A DNA stretch of 64,000 bases from Calditrichia bacterium (lineage in GTDB: Bacteria; Calditrichota; Calditrichia; JAJRVZ01). Shown here piece after piece: positions 40,970-53,744 of this stretch. The DNA lies in NCBI GenBank assembly GCA_963712885.1, contig CAVQJT010000014.1, forward strand, positions 23,707-87,706, written 5' to 3'. The notes below the pieces were generated by a model. It searched no databases and had not been told where the DNA came from. It saw nothing but the letters and a program-made list of their open reading frames with translations. Position numbers and translations under genes: made by a program. Each line of letters begins with the position of its first letter. Within the stretch, counting starts at the first letter, position 1.

Positions 40970-42781
40970 CTAACGTACCAGTGTCATTCGTTTGGACTGT
41001 GAGAAACTGCCATAAATAAGTTTATAGATATAGGTTCCGCTGGCCACGGCACTGCCGCTGTTGTCCATACCATCCCAGGTAACAGAATGGGACCCGCTGC
41101 CGTAGGCCGCCTGATCGATCAATGTGCGAATTTCCTGTCCGAGCATATTATAAATCTTCAGACTGATCTTTTTGTTTACCGGCAGCGTAAAATCTATCGT
41201 CGTCGTTGGATTGAACGGATTCGGGTAGTTTTGCTCCAGCCGGTAGTCATCCGGAGTGATCACGGTCAGCGGTTTTAATTCCAGCCCCGTGAGGGTGGAG
41301 TCAAGGTTGGTCGACTTCAATGAATCGCCCCATTCGAACATGAATGCATGAAAACCGTTTTTAGCCAGGCTTTGCCCGAAGAGGGCATCGTCAGCAGATC
41401 CTTTATAGGATGCTACAACATCGCGTTTGCCATCACGGTCCAGGTCCATACCGGGATAGGTAAAAATATCGTTGAATAATCCACCGAGGCTATCGTACTG
41501 GGTAGCGAGATTGTAAATCGTTTTTCTCGTATAACTGTTCGGGCTGGTAACATCACCGCTGCCATTATATTCAATATCGAGCACCCGACCACTGCCGCCA
41601 TACAGATATAGATCCAGGCCATCGCCGGCAGACTCTGTAGGATGATCCTGATCACCCATATCCCAGGCACTCCAGTAACCGACGTCAACAAACAGTTCGG
41701 ATAAATTGGCCTCCGACACAAATTGATCGGAAACGATACCTTCCATAATCCACAACCGGCTTGAAGAGGTGCCGGAGTTGGTACCGTGGAGATAGATAAC
41801 CGGTTGATCATTTACGGTAGCGAACAGCGGATTTGCCTTAACGACAAAAGCACTGAAATCTGCCAGCCTGACAATACTACCGGGGGTGTATGTGTCTTCA
41901 CCATCGATCTGGATGAACCCGACAGCCGCACCTGCGCCGATGTTTTGCCAGCCGGCTACGATAATTTCATCAAGGCCATCCCCGTCCACGTCGCCAATTT
42001 CAGAACCGACAGGTACATATCCGTCTGTACCTGGGAGGCCCTCAACGAGGACCATGTCTGAATAGACATATTCATTCTCGATTACCGCTGTACTATCGGA
42101 CAGCGATCCGGAAGTCACCTGCATGATATATAGTTTAGCGACACCAAAATCAAAAGCACGGGGCGGAAAAATCAGTTCGTTTCTTCCATCACCATCAATA
42201 TCCTGGCAACGCAAGCCGCTTTCAGTTCTACCGGCGTTTACGCTGGTGAATGCCGGATCTATGGTTTCGAATGATAGCTTATAGGTCGGTTCGGTACCAT
42301 AATCATCATCATTGCCGGTCCATTCGTAGAAATACAAACCACGCATGGCAAATTCTGCCGAATCGGTGGCGGTATAGCCAACCGGAAAAATGATTTCCTG
42401 TTTTCCGTTATTGTCAAAATCACCTACGGTAACAGTGCGCGGAGTGGATCCACCCCCTCCGCCTGTGGCCAGTTTTTTTGAGGACCAGACATACTCAATT
42501 CTGTCATTGCCGACTACCTCAAAAACGAACACCCGGCCGCCCTTGGTATATTCGGTTACAATAATTTCGGGTTTACCGTCATTGTCCAGGTCAGGATTAT
42601 CCGCGACCCAAACCCCGCGTCCGGCGTCAGATGTTATCGTGTCCGGTCCCCAGATAACCCGGTTGACTGCTGCTAGGCGATAATCATTTTCACCATCAGC
42701 CGGACCCTGGGAAAATACGGCTGAAGCAAACAATAAAAGCATGATCATAAATAATGTAAAATGTTTTGTCCAAAAGACCAT
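40970..42781 (-). CDS. FG-GAP/VCBS repeat protein with T9SS type-A C-terminal sorting domain
   Basis: DIDGDGRNELIF, GDVDGDGLDEIIVAG and DLDRDGKRDVV, with a C-terminal EQNYPNPFNPTTTIDF...KRMTLVR. Confidence 0.75.
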   Translation of the reverse strand: MVFWTKHFTLFMIMLLLFASAVFSQGPADGENDYRLAAVNRVIWGPDTITSDAGRGVWVADNPDLDNDGKPEIIVTEYTKGGRVFVFEVVGNDRIEYVWSSKKLATGGGGGSTPRTVTVGDFDNNGKQEIIFPVGYTATDSAEFAMRGLYFYEWTGNDDDYGTEPTYKLSFETIDPAFTSVNAGRTESGLRCQDIDGDGRNELIFPPRAFDFGVAKLYIMQVTSGSLSDSTAVIENEYVYSDMVLVEGLPGTDGYVPVGSEIGDVDGDGLDEIIVAGWQNIGAGAAVGFIQIDGEDTYTPGSIVRLADFSAFVVKANPLFATVNDQPVIYLHGTNSGTSSSRLWIMEGIVSDQFVSEANLSELFVDVGYWSAWDMGDQDHPTESAGDGLDLYLYGGSGRVLDIEYNGSGDVTSPNSYTRKTIYNLATQYDSLGGLFNDIFTYPGMDLDRDGKRDVVASYKGSADDALFGQSLAKNGFHAFMFEWGDSLKSTNLDSTLTGLELKPLTVITPDDYRLEQNYPNPFNPTTTIDFTLPVNKKISLKIYNMLGQEIRTLIDQAAYGSGSHSVTWDGMDNSGSAVASGTYIYKLIYGSFSQSKRMTLVR

Positions 42782-43295
42782 CGGTATCCCTCCATTTGAT
42801 GTTAGCGTTAAATGATTTTTTTATTGATTTAAAACCAAAATAACATAAAATTTAGTTAACCATTAAATTTATGAGAAGTTTCGTCTAATTTCTAATGTTT
42901 TTAAATTTTTATGATATTTAGATCAAAACATTCGATACCCAGACAAACGCAATTCGAAACGCGGTTAATCCAGATTTGTTAAAATGATTTAGTATTTTCA
43001 GGGAAGCGAAAATTTTTTATTTGTGAATGTGATTTTAGTCACCCTGAGTTCTTGTGCAAAAGCAATATAGATTGTATATTCGGTGAACAAACCGGAACTG
43101 AAAATTCATTTTTTCTGGTATGTGTGGATTATTTGAATTTCAATTTGTGTTTGGAATAGCTGTACCTTGTACAGTTATCATGTTTTGATTCAATCCGTTT
43201 CGATCAATTTCAGTATTCAATAGATACATCAGTAAAATATCCCTGGTTTTTATCACCAATACCGACTTGTGTTTAATTGAGTTTAAGTCAATTCA

Positions 43296-46144
43296 ATGCG
43301 GAGCCCGTCAGCTATGAGTAAATTTCTACTTGCATTTGTATTGTTCTTCCTTCTTTTCTTTCAACTTCTTATGGCCGGTACCACCGGTAAAATTGCCGGC
43401 ATTATAACCGATGCGGACACCGGAGAACCGCTGGCAGGGGTGAATGTTATTCTCGAAGGTACAACCCTTGGGGCCAGTACCGATCTTGACGGCATGTTTG
43501 TGATCCTGAATGTACCGCCCGGATTATATTCAGTTAATATTAGTTATGTCGGTTACCAAACCGTTACGGTAAAAGAAGTTCGGGTGAATGTCGATTTCAC
43601 AACCCGGGTTGAGCAGAGTTTATCGACCACCCTGCTTGAAATGGAGACGGTGGAGGTTTTTGGTGAACGTAACCCGCTCGTTCGTACGGACCTCACGAAT
43701 ACACAGGTGGCCGTCACCGCCGAGGTGATCAATCAATTACCCGTTCAGCAAATAAATCAGGTCATTGCGCTGCAAGCGGGTGTGGTCGTCGATAACAATG
43801 GTGCCCTGCATATCAGAGGTGGCCGGTCGAACGAAATCGCCTATCAGGTAAACGGACTCTCGATCAACAATCCGTTCAATAATTCGCAGGGTGTTGGACT
43901 CGCAGTGAATGCGATCGAGGAAGTATCGGTTTCCGCCGGAACGTTTAGTGCCGAGTACGGGAATGCCTTAAGTGGGGTAATAAATTTCGTGACCAAAGAT
44001 GGCGGTTCTGATTATACCGGCAGCGTGCGCGCCTGGATCGGGGATAATATCAGCAGCCATTCGGAGACCTTCTATAATATCGATGATATCGATCCGTTCA
44101 ATAACCGGAGACTAGAATGGACGGTGGGTGGCCCAATACCTTTGTCAGGTGATAAACTTACCTTCTTTACGTCCGGTGTATGGCAGAATGATAAGGGACA
44201 TCTCTATGGTATCCGTGTCTACAATACAAATGACTTAATGTTATTGGATGGTGACAGAATTTTGATTGACCCTTTCGGATACACCTTTCAGGGTGGCCCG
44301 AACAACACCATTGCGGTCACAGCCGATCCGGACAATGCAGGCGCAAACGGTGACCGGGCGGCGGTGCCAATGGTAACCCGGGACAATATCAACATTACCG
44401 GAAAACTCACATGGAAACCTTCACCGATGGTCAAGGTTTCATATGATTTGATCTATGACACGGGGGAGCGGTACAGTTCAGGAAATTTCAGACAGTTCCG
44501 GTTCACGCCCGATGGACGGCCAAAAACTTTTTCTGATAATATCAGTAATTCGGTCAGTCTGAGTCATTCCATAAGCAAAACGACCTTCTATACAGTTAAG
44601 TTCGGGATCAATTACAACAAATCACTCACCGCCGTTTATGAAGACCGGTTTGATCCCAGATATGTTCCGAGCGTTGGAAACGAACTTACCAATATGATCA
44701 TACCACCTACGGATACCTACCTGGCCGGTGGCACAGATCTGGGTCGAACGGAACAGAAGAGCCGGTCATACATCGGAAAAATTGATGTGATCAGCCAGAT
44801 CCTGCGGAATCATGAGCTCAAATTTGGTGGCGAGATGATGCTGCATCATCTGGATTATGAATCATTTACGTTTCTTTTTGAACCAATCCCGAATACAAAT
44901 CTGTTGCGATTTGTCATCCCGGATCCGGAGGTTAATCCACAATATACCGATTTCCAAAAATACACACGAGATCCGGTACAGGGTGCCCTGTATTTTCTGG
45001 ACAAAATTGAACTGGCGGATCAATTTATCGTGAATGCCGGACTTCGTTACGAATATCTTCATACACGGGCAGAGTATAACCCGGACCTGGCAGGTACAGT
45101 AGATTCCGGGGTCGATGATCCGGCTGTCCTCGTATGGTCCAAACCGAAACACCGTGTTATGCCCCGTATCAGTTTAAGTTTTCCGATCACGTCGCAGGGT
45201 ATCATTCGATTTTCCTACGGTATTTTCTACCAGTACCCGACCTTTTTTGACATCTATCGCAATCCCCGTTTTGTGGATTATAATTTTATCACAACACCGA
45301 CTTTTGGTAATGCCAATCTCAATCCCGAACGCAGTGATCAGTATGAACTGGGTTTACAACAACAGTTCACCGATGATATAAAAATGGATCTGACCATATT
45401 TTACAAGGATGTAAGTGATCTGATCGATGACCGTCGTATCGTCTCCGGCGAAGTGGCCATTGACAAGGAATTTAATGTTTATACAAATATCGGGTATGCC
45501 AATGTAAAAGGATTTACCGCGTCCTTTGTAAAAAGAAAATCACCGGGCGGGATATTCTCGGCCACTCTGGACTATACCTTTCAGGTCGGGGAGGGATCCT
45601 ATACCGACGCGGTGGATTTGGCGGTTGATACCAGAACAGGACGGTCAACAGCTCAGAAACTGGTTCCGCTTGATTTTGACCGCACGCATACGATAAATGC
45701 CACCATTACGCTCAATAAAACGGATGACTGGCTCGCCAAGTTTAATCGGTGAGATTAGTAACGGAACCCCCTATACCCCAGTGTGCCTTCTTCGATCCAG
45801 CCCATCCAATTCGAACAAAACAGCGATCGTCGCCCCTGGTCACGAATGTAAAGATACGTATGGAAAAATTCTTTACCTTCTTTGATACACACTGGTCTGT
45901 ATTTCTTCAGGTTGAGAATCTACTAGATACTCAAAACGAAATTTTTGTACATACTAATACCGGTAGTTCGTTGTCCAATCTGGATGAGACATTGAATCCC
46001 GGTCTTTTTAATAATCTGAGACGTACCATCAGAAGAAATCCCGATGACTTTTTTCCGGAAACGTTCCTGGATGATTTTTATCAGCGTGAGGACTGGCTGA
46101 GCAGACCGCGGGAAATTTTTGTCGGTATGACCTTTGGTTTCTAA
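43296..46144 (+). CDS. TonB-dependent receptor with N-terminal carboxypeptidase-regulatory-like domain (SusC-like), 3' end frameshifted
   Basis: GKIAGIITDADTGEPLAGVNVIL followed by a plug. The C-terminal strand KFFTF...SVFLQVENLLDTQNEIF...GMTFGF is in a different frame after 45750. Confidence 0.75.
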
Positions 46145-46213
46145 GAGGGAGCACGGATGATTACAATGCATATAAATGATAGCCGAAAATCAATTAAAAT
46201 ATTGGTAGATTTT

Positions 46214-49200
46214 ATGAGAAACACCGTATTTGCTTCAATTTTTCTGATCATATTTGGATTTCTAACCGTATCTCGAAAACGTATATGCCCAGGATGAGTC
46301 TTCATCACATGTTGATTACAAGCATCTCTCACGCAGGAACGCTCGACTTGAGTTTGCGAGGCATAGCGATGCACTGATGAAAGCCCTCCAGGAAGATCAG
46401 CGTCATGATGTACTTAAGGAAACAATCATTGAAGGGAATCAAATCCGTATTCTGCTGACCAATCAGGGATCAATTTCGACACCGAATGCTGATAATTCAA
46501 ATGCTGACCTGGTCTGGCCGAGAGGACCGAGCGGACTCGGATATGCCTTATGAATTTGGACCGTTGGTCGGCGCTGAGGTATTTGGTGCAAATGGCGATA
46601 CGCTCCATATCGTGAGTGATGGGTTTTTTTCCGGTTCTGGTGGTGAATTTGAACCCGGTACAGCCGAGCGCTGGGGCTGGGAACCAAAACTGGGCTTTTC
46701 AGACACCGCGATCAAACGAAGTCGCTACATTCTCGGATCTTGACAGTGATGAGGATGGCAAACCGGACAGCTGGCCTGAAAACTGGTATAATGAGACCCT
46801 CGGCCGCTATGTCTGGCCGGCATTTCTGGGCGATGATGCCACAACACCGGATGAGGAAGTTTTTTATCTCATGGACGATCTCGATAATGCCGAATTCGAC
46901 TATTATCCTTTCCCCGACGATTCAACCAAGCGTGGTCTTGGACTGGAACTGCAGGTGCGCATTTTTCAGTTCAACAATCCGCTGGCAGAAGATCTGATTT
47001 TTCTGGTCTATACGATTACCAATGTCAGTCCCAAAACACTGGATAAAGTTTTTCTGGGCATGTTTGGTGATCCGCATGTGGGCGGTCCGAATGATTTTGC
47101 CGATGACAATGGTGGATTTATTTCTGCCTTTAACGAAGACTTTCCGTTTAACACCCGAAATATGCTGTACGCCTGGGATAATAACGGGATCGGCGATGGT
47201 GGGAAACGTCCCGGATATTTTGGCTATCGTTTTTGGAAAGCCCGGGTATTGCGACCGATAATCAGGATAATGATAATGATGGTCTTGCTTGATGAAAGTC
47301 AGACTAAATGATGCCGGATTTCTGGTATTCGGCCCGGTTGGTATCTATGATGACCCAAAATTACACTGGTCCGGTGATGAAGATGGCGACTGGTCGGAAG
47401 AATTTGATGATGTCGGTATCGATGGCATTGCCAATACAGGCGATTTCGGCGAAAAAGATGGCAAGCCAAATCAATTGTTTTATCTCGATCTAAATGGGAA
47501 CAGCATTCTGGATATTGGCGAACCGACTGCCCCGCCCGGCTAGAACGGCATGCGCTTCTGGAGCGGTGAACCTAATTTTGGCTTTCTGGATATCGCGGAA
47601 TCAGATCAACTCGGATTGACCAGTTTTAACGCTCTTACTTTATGGCGGAAATAACGAACCGCGCAATGATGAACTGATGTGGGATAAAATGTCAGAACCA
47701 AACCAACGTCCGACCGACCCGGCATCCCACCATCGAACAGGAATCGGATAATGTTTTTATTTACGGATCGGGACCATTTTCACTGGAACCGGGTGAAAGT
47801 CAACGTTTCTCAATCGTATTGCTGATGGGTCAGGATTTTGATGATCTGCTTAATAATGCCCAGATTTCGCAGCAGGTTTTTGAATCGGATTACCGTTTTG
47901 CACAGGCACCGAACAAACCAAAACTAGTGGCTGGTACCGGATGATCGTAAGGTCACGCTGTATTGGGATACCGGTGCTGAAGATTCCTTTGATCCCTTTG
48001 TTGCCCGGGCTAATCCCGATGATCAGGACAAGGGCTTTGACTTCGAAGGATACAAAATATATCGCAGCAAGGATTACAGTTTTAATGATACCCAGGTTAT
48101 TACCGATTCAAAAGGGGTACCGTTTCTGTCCGAACCGCATAAACAGTTTAATGGACTACCGGCCCAGTTTGATATTGATAACGAATATGAAGGATTATCA
48201 GAAATCGAATATGAAGGCAGGGGGGTGAGATACGACCTGGGAAGAAACACGGGTCTGGTCCACAGTTTTGTTGATTCCAATAATGTTGATAATGGCGTCT
48301 ACCTATTTTTATGCCGTGACATCTTACGATCATGGCGACTGAAAATGCGTTACTGGCACCCACCGAATCACAGCGCGTCATTCAACGCGATGCGGTGACC
48401 CGATTGTTTTCATTTGACCTGAATACGGCAATGGCCGTTCCCGGTCCACCTGCCCTGGGATTTATCGATCCGAAATTGCTTGGTACGGTTGATAATGAGG
48501 TGACCGGGAAATCGGGCAACGCAACCGGAAAGGTCTGGATTGATTTTCTTCAATCCCCTCAGGTGCAGGATGATAAAAAATACGAGATCACTTTTGAGGA
48601 TATCGTTCTCGATTCAGTGACCACGGAGGTCGGGTACACTCTTGTTGATCTGCCGGGAAAGGGAAGTCCCTTTCGTCTCACGTGACACGGTTTTTACAAG
48701 TCTGATTACTGGCGTTCAAATTGTCGAAAGCACGGTTGAAGTTACCGATTTAAACGGAACTCCGATTGACACCAGCCGATATGTTGCTCGATGCGAAAGG
48801 CGGACGAATAAAAGGAGCCTATGCCGGTGCCTTGCCGACCGGAGAATCTTTTACGGCCCATTTTCTGGTCAAACCGGTTGCTTCCAGCACCTCGTTAAAC
48901 AGCGAAGACAATAATCCGGTTTTTGACGGTATAAAATTGTTTGTCCAGGATGAACCGGTCGGATTGGATCCGATCAGTACGGATGGCGGGCGTAGTGGAT
49001 TTAAAATCAGGGAATCCAGTACAAATTTCGATGATGCCTATACAGAAATAGGATTGGCCAAGGTGGGCAGTCCAAAAGCATATCCCCACCGATTTTGAAA
49101 TTCGATTCACTGATTATGATACGACCGACACCGGTGACTTGGTAAATCCGGCAGATACGTCGGTTATCACCAATGTTAAAATCAAATTTCAAAATTTTCG

Positions 49201-49836
49201 ATGCGGCAACCGGTAACCAGGTTGACTTCTTTATCGCCGAACCGGCTGCGACACGGAATCGGCGCTGGGATTGGCAGGAGACCATTGTCGTCCTGAAACC
49301 GGATTGGAAGCAACTGACCGAAACCACCTATCAGGTGAAGTTTTCACCTAAATTTGAGGTGTTTCAATCGGTAGCCGGGGAGGATAGCGTGTGTATGGGA
49401 AGATCCGGAATATCCGGGTGATGGTGATGTCTTTCAGTTCTTTTCGACCAAACCCTTCAAGAAAGGTGATAAATATTCGTTTACCACGCAAGCCGCCAAA
49501 TTTGAGAATCAACAGACATCCGCTGCTCTGGATAATGTCATCGTTGTACCGGATCCCTATATTGCTTACAGCGGTGCAGAACTGGCCGGTATCCGAACCG
49601 GTTCCCGGGATGACCGACGGATTGAATTCAGAAATCTGCCGACCCGTTGCACAATCCGGATTTATACGATCGTGGGCGAACTGGTGGATACGATCGAAAA
49701 GAATGATATCAATGGTTACGCCACCTGGGATTTACTTACATTTCGAATCCCAGGAGATCTCCTACGGTGTATATCTTATCATATCGATGCACCGGGTGTC
49801 GGTACAAAAATCGGTCGCTTTGCGGTAATAAAATAG
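46214..49836 (+). pseudogene. Large secreted T9SS cargo-like protein, fragmented by >10 frame changes
   Basis: Signal peptide MRNTVFASIFLIIFGFLTVS at 46214. Recognisable protein continues through all three frames. The C-terminal domain reads VVPDPYIAYSG...NLPTRCTIRIYTIVGELVDTI...GVYL..HIDAPGVGTKIGRFAVIK. Confidence 0.55.
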
Positions 49837-50038
49837 AATGTGAGTCAGAAAATCTATCCTGACCTATATTTTTAAACCACCACCCGACTCGGCGGGGGCG
49901 AACGAAGAAACACGGATAAATAAACATTATTTTGACTCTCTAACGATTAAATTGATAATACGTGAAAAAAGAGAGACGGAGTAATATGAAGACCGTAAAT
50001 AGAATTCCAGACTAATACTTATTCTCATCATTTCGATT

Positions 50039-51038
50039 TTGCTGTTCCGGGAATCAATTGCCCAGGACAATGGTCAGGATGTTTCCTCGATTGACCGGGT
50101 CGGTACAACGGCAGCACAATTTCTAAAGATAGGTGCCGGTGCACGTCCGATCGGAATGGGAGTGCGCCTATACTGCCTTAGCAACGGATATCCTGTCTGT
50201 ATATTGGAATCCGGCGGGCTTATCGAGGATCGGCGGCAACGGGGAGGCCATTTTTAATCATTCTGAATGGCTGGCCGAAACAAACTACAATTTTGCCGCT
50301 TTCTCGATCAATTTGAGTACCATCGGATCGCTGGCGTTCCAGGTGACCTCATTCAGTACACCGGATCAGCCGGTTCGGACGATCGAACGGCCGGAAGGAA
50401 CTGGACAGACATGGGATGCAAACTCCATTTCGCTTGGGGTATCGTTTGCCAAGAGTCTTACCGACCAATTTTCAATCGGTATTTCTGCCAAATATGTGGG
50501 GGAAAGAATATTTAATGCCAACGCGATTGGATTTGCGTTTGATCTTGGCATCCTGTACGATACGCCCCTTCAGAACCTCTCCCTCGGTGCCGCTGTTACC
50601 AATTTTGGCAACAAAATGAGTATGACCGGGCGGGATCTCTTTATAAACCATGATCCGAGTGATGAGTCCGGAACAGTTGAGGCGGTTCCGGCGGAATACC
50701 GCACGAATAGTTATCATTTACCTTTGAATTTAAAATTTGGTTTAGCCTATCAGGCATTACAAAGTGAGGATATCTCCCTTATTCTGGCAGCCGATGCGAC
50801 CCAACCAAATGATAATGCGCCAGGCTTAAATACCGGTCTGGAAGTGGGTGTGAAAAATATCGTCTTTCTCAGGGCAGGCTACAAATCGTTATTGATGGAA
50901 GAAAGCGAAGAGAGTTTTACCTTTGGCGCAGGTCTGCGGTACGATGTTGTCGGCACAAATCTCAAATTTGATTTTGGATGGGCGGATTTCGGGCGGCTTA
51001 AAAATGTCCAGTTTATCTCATTGGCGATCAGATACTAA
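50039..51038 (+). CDS. T9SS PorV/PorQ family outer-membrane beta-barrel protein, frameshifted near 50165
   Basis: AAQFLKIGAGARPIGMG then, in another frame, AYTALATDILSVYWNPAGL. It ends ...ISLAIRY. Confidence 0.65.
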
Positions 51039-51327
51039 AGAAAACCACAGAGGACACGGAGATTATATAATTTAAATATATTTTTAAAGGTAAAAATTTA
51101 AGTAGTATCATTTCTGAAAAAATTCAGATTCGATCAACAGGTGAGAACTATAAATTTCCAATAATTTCAACTGCGTGTTCTCTGTGGTTTAGCATCATGG
51201 ATAGATCAATAAATCAAACTTATTATTAATTAAATGGGAAAGGAGGGATGTCGACCCGTATTGAGAAAATTTCTTTTTTGTTAGTTTATTTTTAATTTTG
51301 TTAACCATTTCAAACAGGAGGCGTTTC

Positions 51328-53694
51328 ATGAAGCGATTTACCTTTATATTTGTTGTATGCATGTTATCTGTGTTTTTGGTTGCCGCACTGCAGGCGCAGG
51401 ACCGTTTCGACCGGGTCGCGACCATCAAAGCCGCACCGGATGATATCGGTGGCTTTGGAAATCTTGTTGCTGGTGTGGATCTTGATGAAGATGGGTTAGT
51501 GGAAATTTATGCCGTAAACTCAGACTGGCACGATGTTGCCGGCCAGGACCTGGTACCACGAATTTATAAATACGAAGTGGATGCCAATGGCATGTGGCAT
51601 ACGGTCTGGTCAACCCGGCTTGCCCTGGATTTTCAGAATACCTGGCCCGCATTTGCCGTCGGTGATCTTGATGGTGATGGCAAGGGTGAATTGATCTGGG
51701 GTCCGGTAAATAACTTTGGTTCCGGTCTGCAGCCCAATCCGGAACGGATCGTCGTATTTGAAACCCCGGGTGATGGTTCGGATGTTATGGGTGTTTCCAA
51801 TGGTGATGGTACTTACCGCCCGAATGCCCAGTGGGTTATCACAACGACGCCAAGTCAAAACCTTCGTCCCTTTAGATGGCTGATCGATGATATCGATGGT
51901 GACGAAGTGGATGAAATTGTAGCCGGATGCCGTGTTGGTGATGGAATCCAGGTTTATTCGGTCGATGACATTCCCGATGCAGCCGACAGCACCGAGACAT
52001 GGACACAGGAATTCAGCGGTGTTACCGAGACCTTTTATGATATTGCTATCCTTGATGGATCAATTTATGGAATCGACGATGATGGTGATGTTTATAAGGT
52101 TACCTTTGATGCGACCGGTGATTCATTTATCGTTGCAGCCGCTCAGATTGATATTGCCGGTGGAGGCAGCTGGAACGGCGCTACAACCGTTGATGTCGAC
52201 GGTGATGAACAGGAAGAAATTATACTGGCTTCATGGTCATCTTCCAGTAATAATGATGTATATCTTTTACAGGTTGATGGCGACAGCCTGATTTCGACCA
52301 TGATAGTGGACGTACCTGCTTCCTCTGGTCGTTGCTATGGCGGCGCTGCCGGTGATGTGGATGGTGATGGACAGTTTGATTTCGTTTTTGGAACACGTGA
52401 CTCAAGTCCAAATGGCATTATTCACCGGGCCGAATACCAGGGTGGCGATATGACCGATCCCAATAACTGGGAATTGACCATCATGGATTCCGAAGTTTCT
52501 GCTTCTGTCCAGTATGATCTATTTGATGTAGCTGATCTGGATGATGATGGTGAAGACGAAGTTGTATACACCGGTACCCCGCGCGGTCTTGGTTCAACCG
52601 ATCCGCCCCAACCGATTGTGATCCTCAACCGGATCGAAGAAAATCAACCGGTTATCACAACGATTGCCGATGTTCCGAACGATCAGGGCCGTCAGGTCTG
52701 GGTAGTCTGGAAAGGCTCACAGGATGATGTGGTACTTCCGAACGGATTGGATGCCAAAGTTCAGGTCGCTGTCATGGCGCCCGAAGGTTTTGAATTCCCG
52801 CTGCGCGCGATCAATGGTGTGGAAGTAGAAGCGGTATATATAAACACACCAAAAGAAGTGAATAGTACACTTGCCGTTGGTGATATTATGGAATACGGTG
52901 TCTGGCGCGTGGATAACGGCAGCCTGCCGGTTCAGGTGAACACAACCCAGGCCGTTCAGTTCCCGATGTATGCCGCTGTCGTTCCGACCCTCGGCGACGG
53001 TGCCGAATGGGAAACCGCTTTTGTTGTATCGGCCCACACCGGTGATGTACTTGAGAACTACAAATCTTACCCGAAAACGGGTATGTCCGAGGATAATCTG
53101 ATTCCGACCGCACCTACCAGCCTGGCCGCAACGGTTGAAACGAACCAGATCGCCCTGACCTGGGATGAATCACCGGACGAAGATTTCAATTACTTCTCCA
53201 TCCGCCGTGGTGAATCAGTCGATTTTAACGCTTCGAGTGCCGCATCGGAAGTTGGCACCACCACCGATCCATCATACGTTGATGCAACTATTGAAGGTGG
53301 CAAGGTGTATTTCTATCGTGTCGTGGCGTTTGATTTCAATGAAAATCAGGGTGAATTGTCGGATGTGGTAAGTGCGGATGTCACCAGTATCAGTGAAAGT
53401 GGCCTTGCGTTGCCGGAATCGTATGCACTCTATCAGAATTATCCGAATCCCTTCAATCCAAGCACAACGATCAAATTTGATCTTCCGGAACAAGCCAATG
53501 TTTCCATTCTTATCTATAATATCCTGGGAAGCAAGGTTCGTACCCTCTACAACGGAGCACGGGTTGCCGGCAGCCATCAGGTTGTTTGGGATGGAATGAA
53601 TGATCAGGGTGTGCGTGTTACCACTGGTCTTTATATTTATACAATCAGAGCCGGAAGTTTCTTTGAATCGAAAAAGATGACCCTGACGAAATAA
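51328..53694 (+). CDS. FG-GAP repeat and FN3-like secreted protein with T9SS type-A C-terminal sorting domain
   Basis: GDLDGDGKGELIW and GDVDGDGQFDFVFG, with a C-terminal YQNYPNPFNPSTTIKF...GLYIYTIRAG...KKMTLTK. Confidence 0.8.
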   Translation: MKRFTFIFVVCMLSVFLVAALQAQDRFDRVATIKAAPDDIGGFGNLVAGVDLDEDGLVEIYAVNSDWHDVAGQDLVPRIYKYEVDANGMWHTVWSTRLALDFQNTWPAFAVGDLDGDGKGELIWGPVNNFGSGLQPNPERIVVFETPGDGSDVMGVSNGDGTYRPNAQWVITTTPSQNLRPFRWLIDDIDGDEVDEIVAGCRVGDGIQVYSVDDIPDAADSTETWTQEFSGVTETFYDIAILDGSIYGIDDDGDVYKVTFDATGDSFIVAAAQIDIAGGGSWNGATTVDVDGDEQEEIILASWSSSSNNDVYLLQVDGDSLISTMIVDVPASSGRCYGGAAGDVDGDGQFDFVFGTRDSSPNGIIHRAEYQGGDMTDPNNWELTIMDSEVSASVQYDLFDVADLDDDGEDEVVYTGTPRGLGSTDPPQPIVILNRIEENQPVITTIADVPNDQGRQVWVVWKGSQDDVVLPNGLDAKVQVAVMAPEGFEFPLRAINGVEVEAVYINTPKEVNSTLAVGDIMEYGVWRVDNGSLPVQVNTTQAVQFPMYAAVVPTLGDGAEWETAFVVSAHTGDVLENYKSYPKTGMSEDNLIPTAPTSLAATVETNQIALTWDESPDEDFNYFSIRRGESVDFNASSAASEVGTTTDPSYVDATIEGGKVYFYRVVAFDFNENQGELSDVVSADVTSISESGLALPESYALYQNYPNPFNPSTTIKFDLPEQANVSILIYNILGSKVRTLYNGARVAGSHQVVWDGMNDQGVRVTTGLYIYTIRAGSFFESKKMTLTK

Positions 53695-53711
53695 TTCCGC
53701 TTCTGTTATTT

Positions 53712-53744
53712 AAAAAAAAAGCCCTCTTATGAGGGCTTTTTTTT
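53712..53744. terminator. Bidirectional rho-independent terminator between convergent genes
   Basis: A9-GCCCTC-ttat-GAGGGC-T8. Confidence 0.8.

Noticed and set aside
45697-46171. Separate small genes after the TonB-dependent receptor (62, 131 and 82 aa ORFs)
   Set aside because: The 131 aa ORF encodes the receptor's own C-terminal beta strands (KFFTF...SVFLQVENLLD...GMTFGF). These are frameshift fragments of one gene, not accessory genes.
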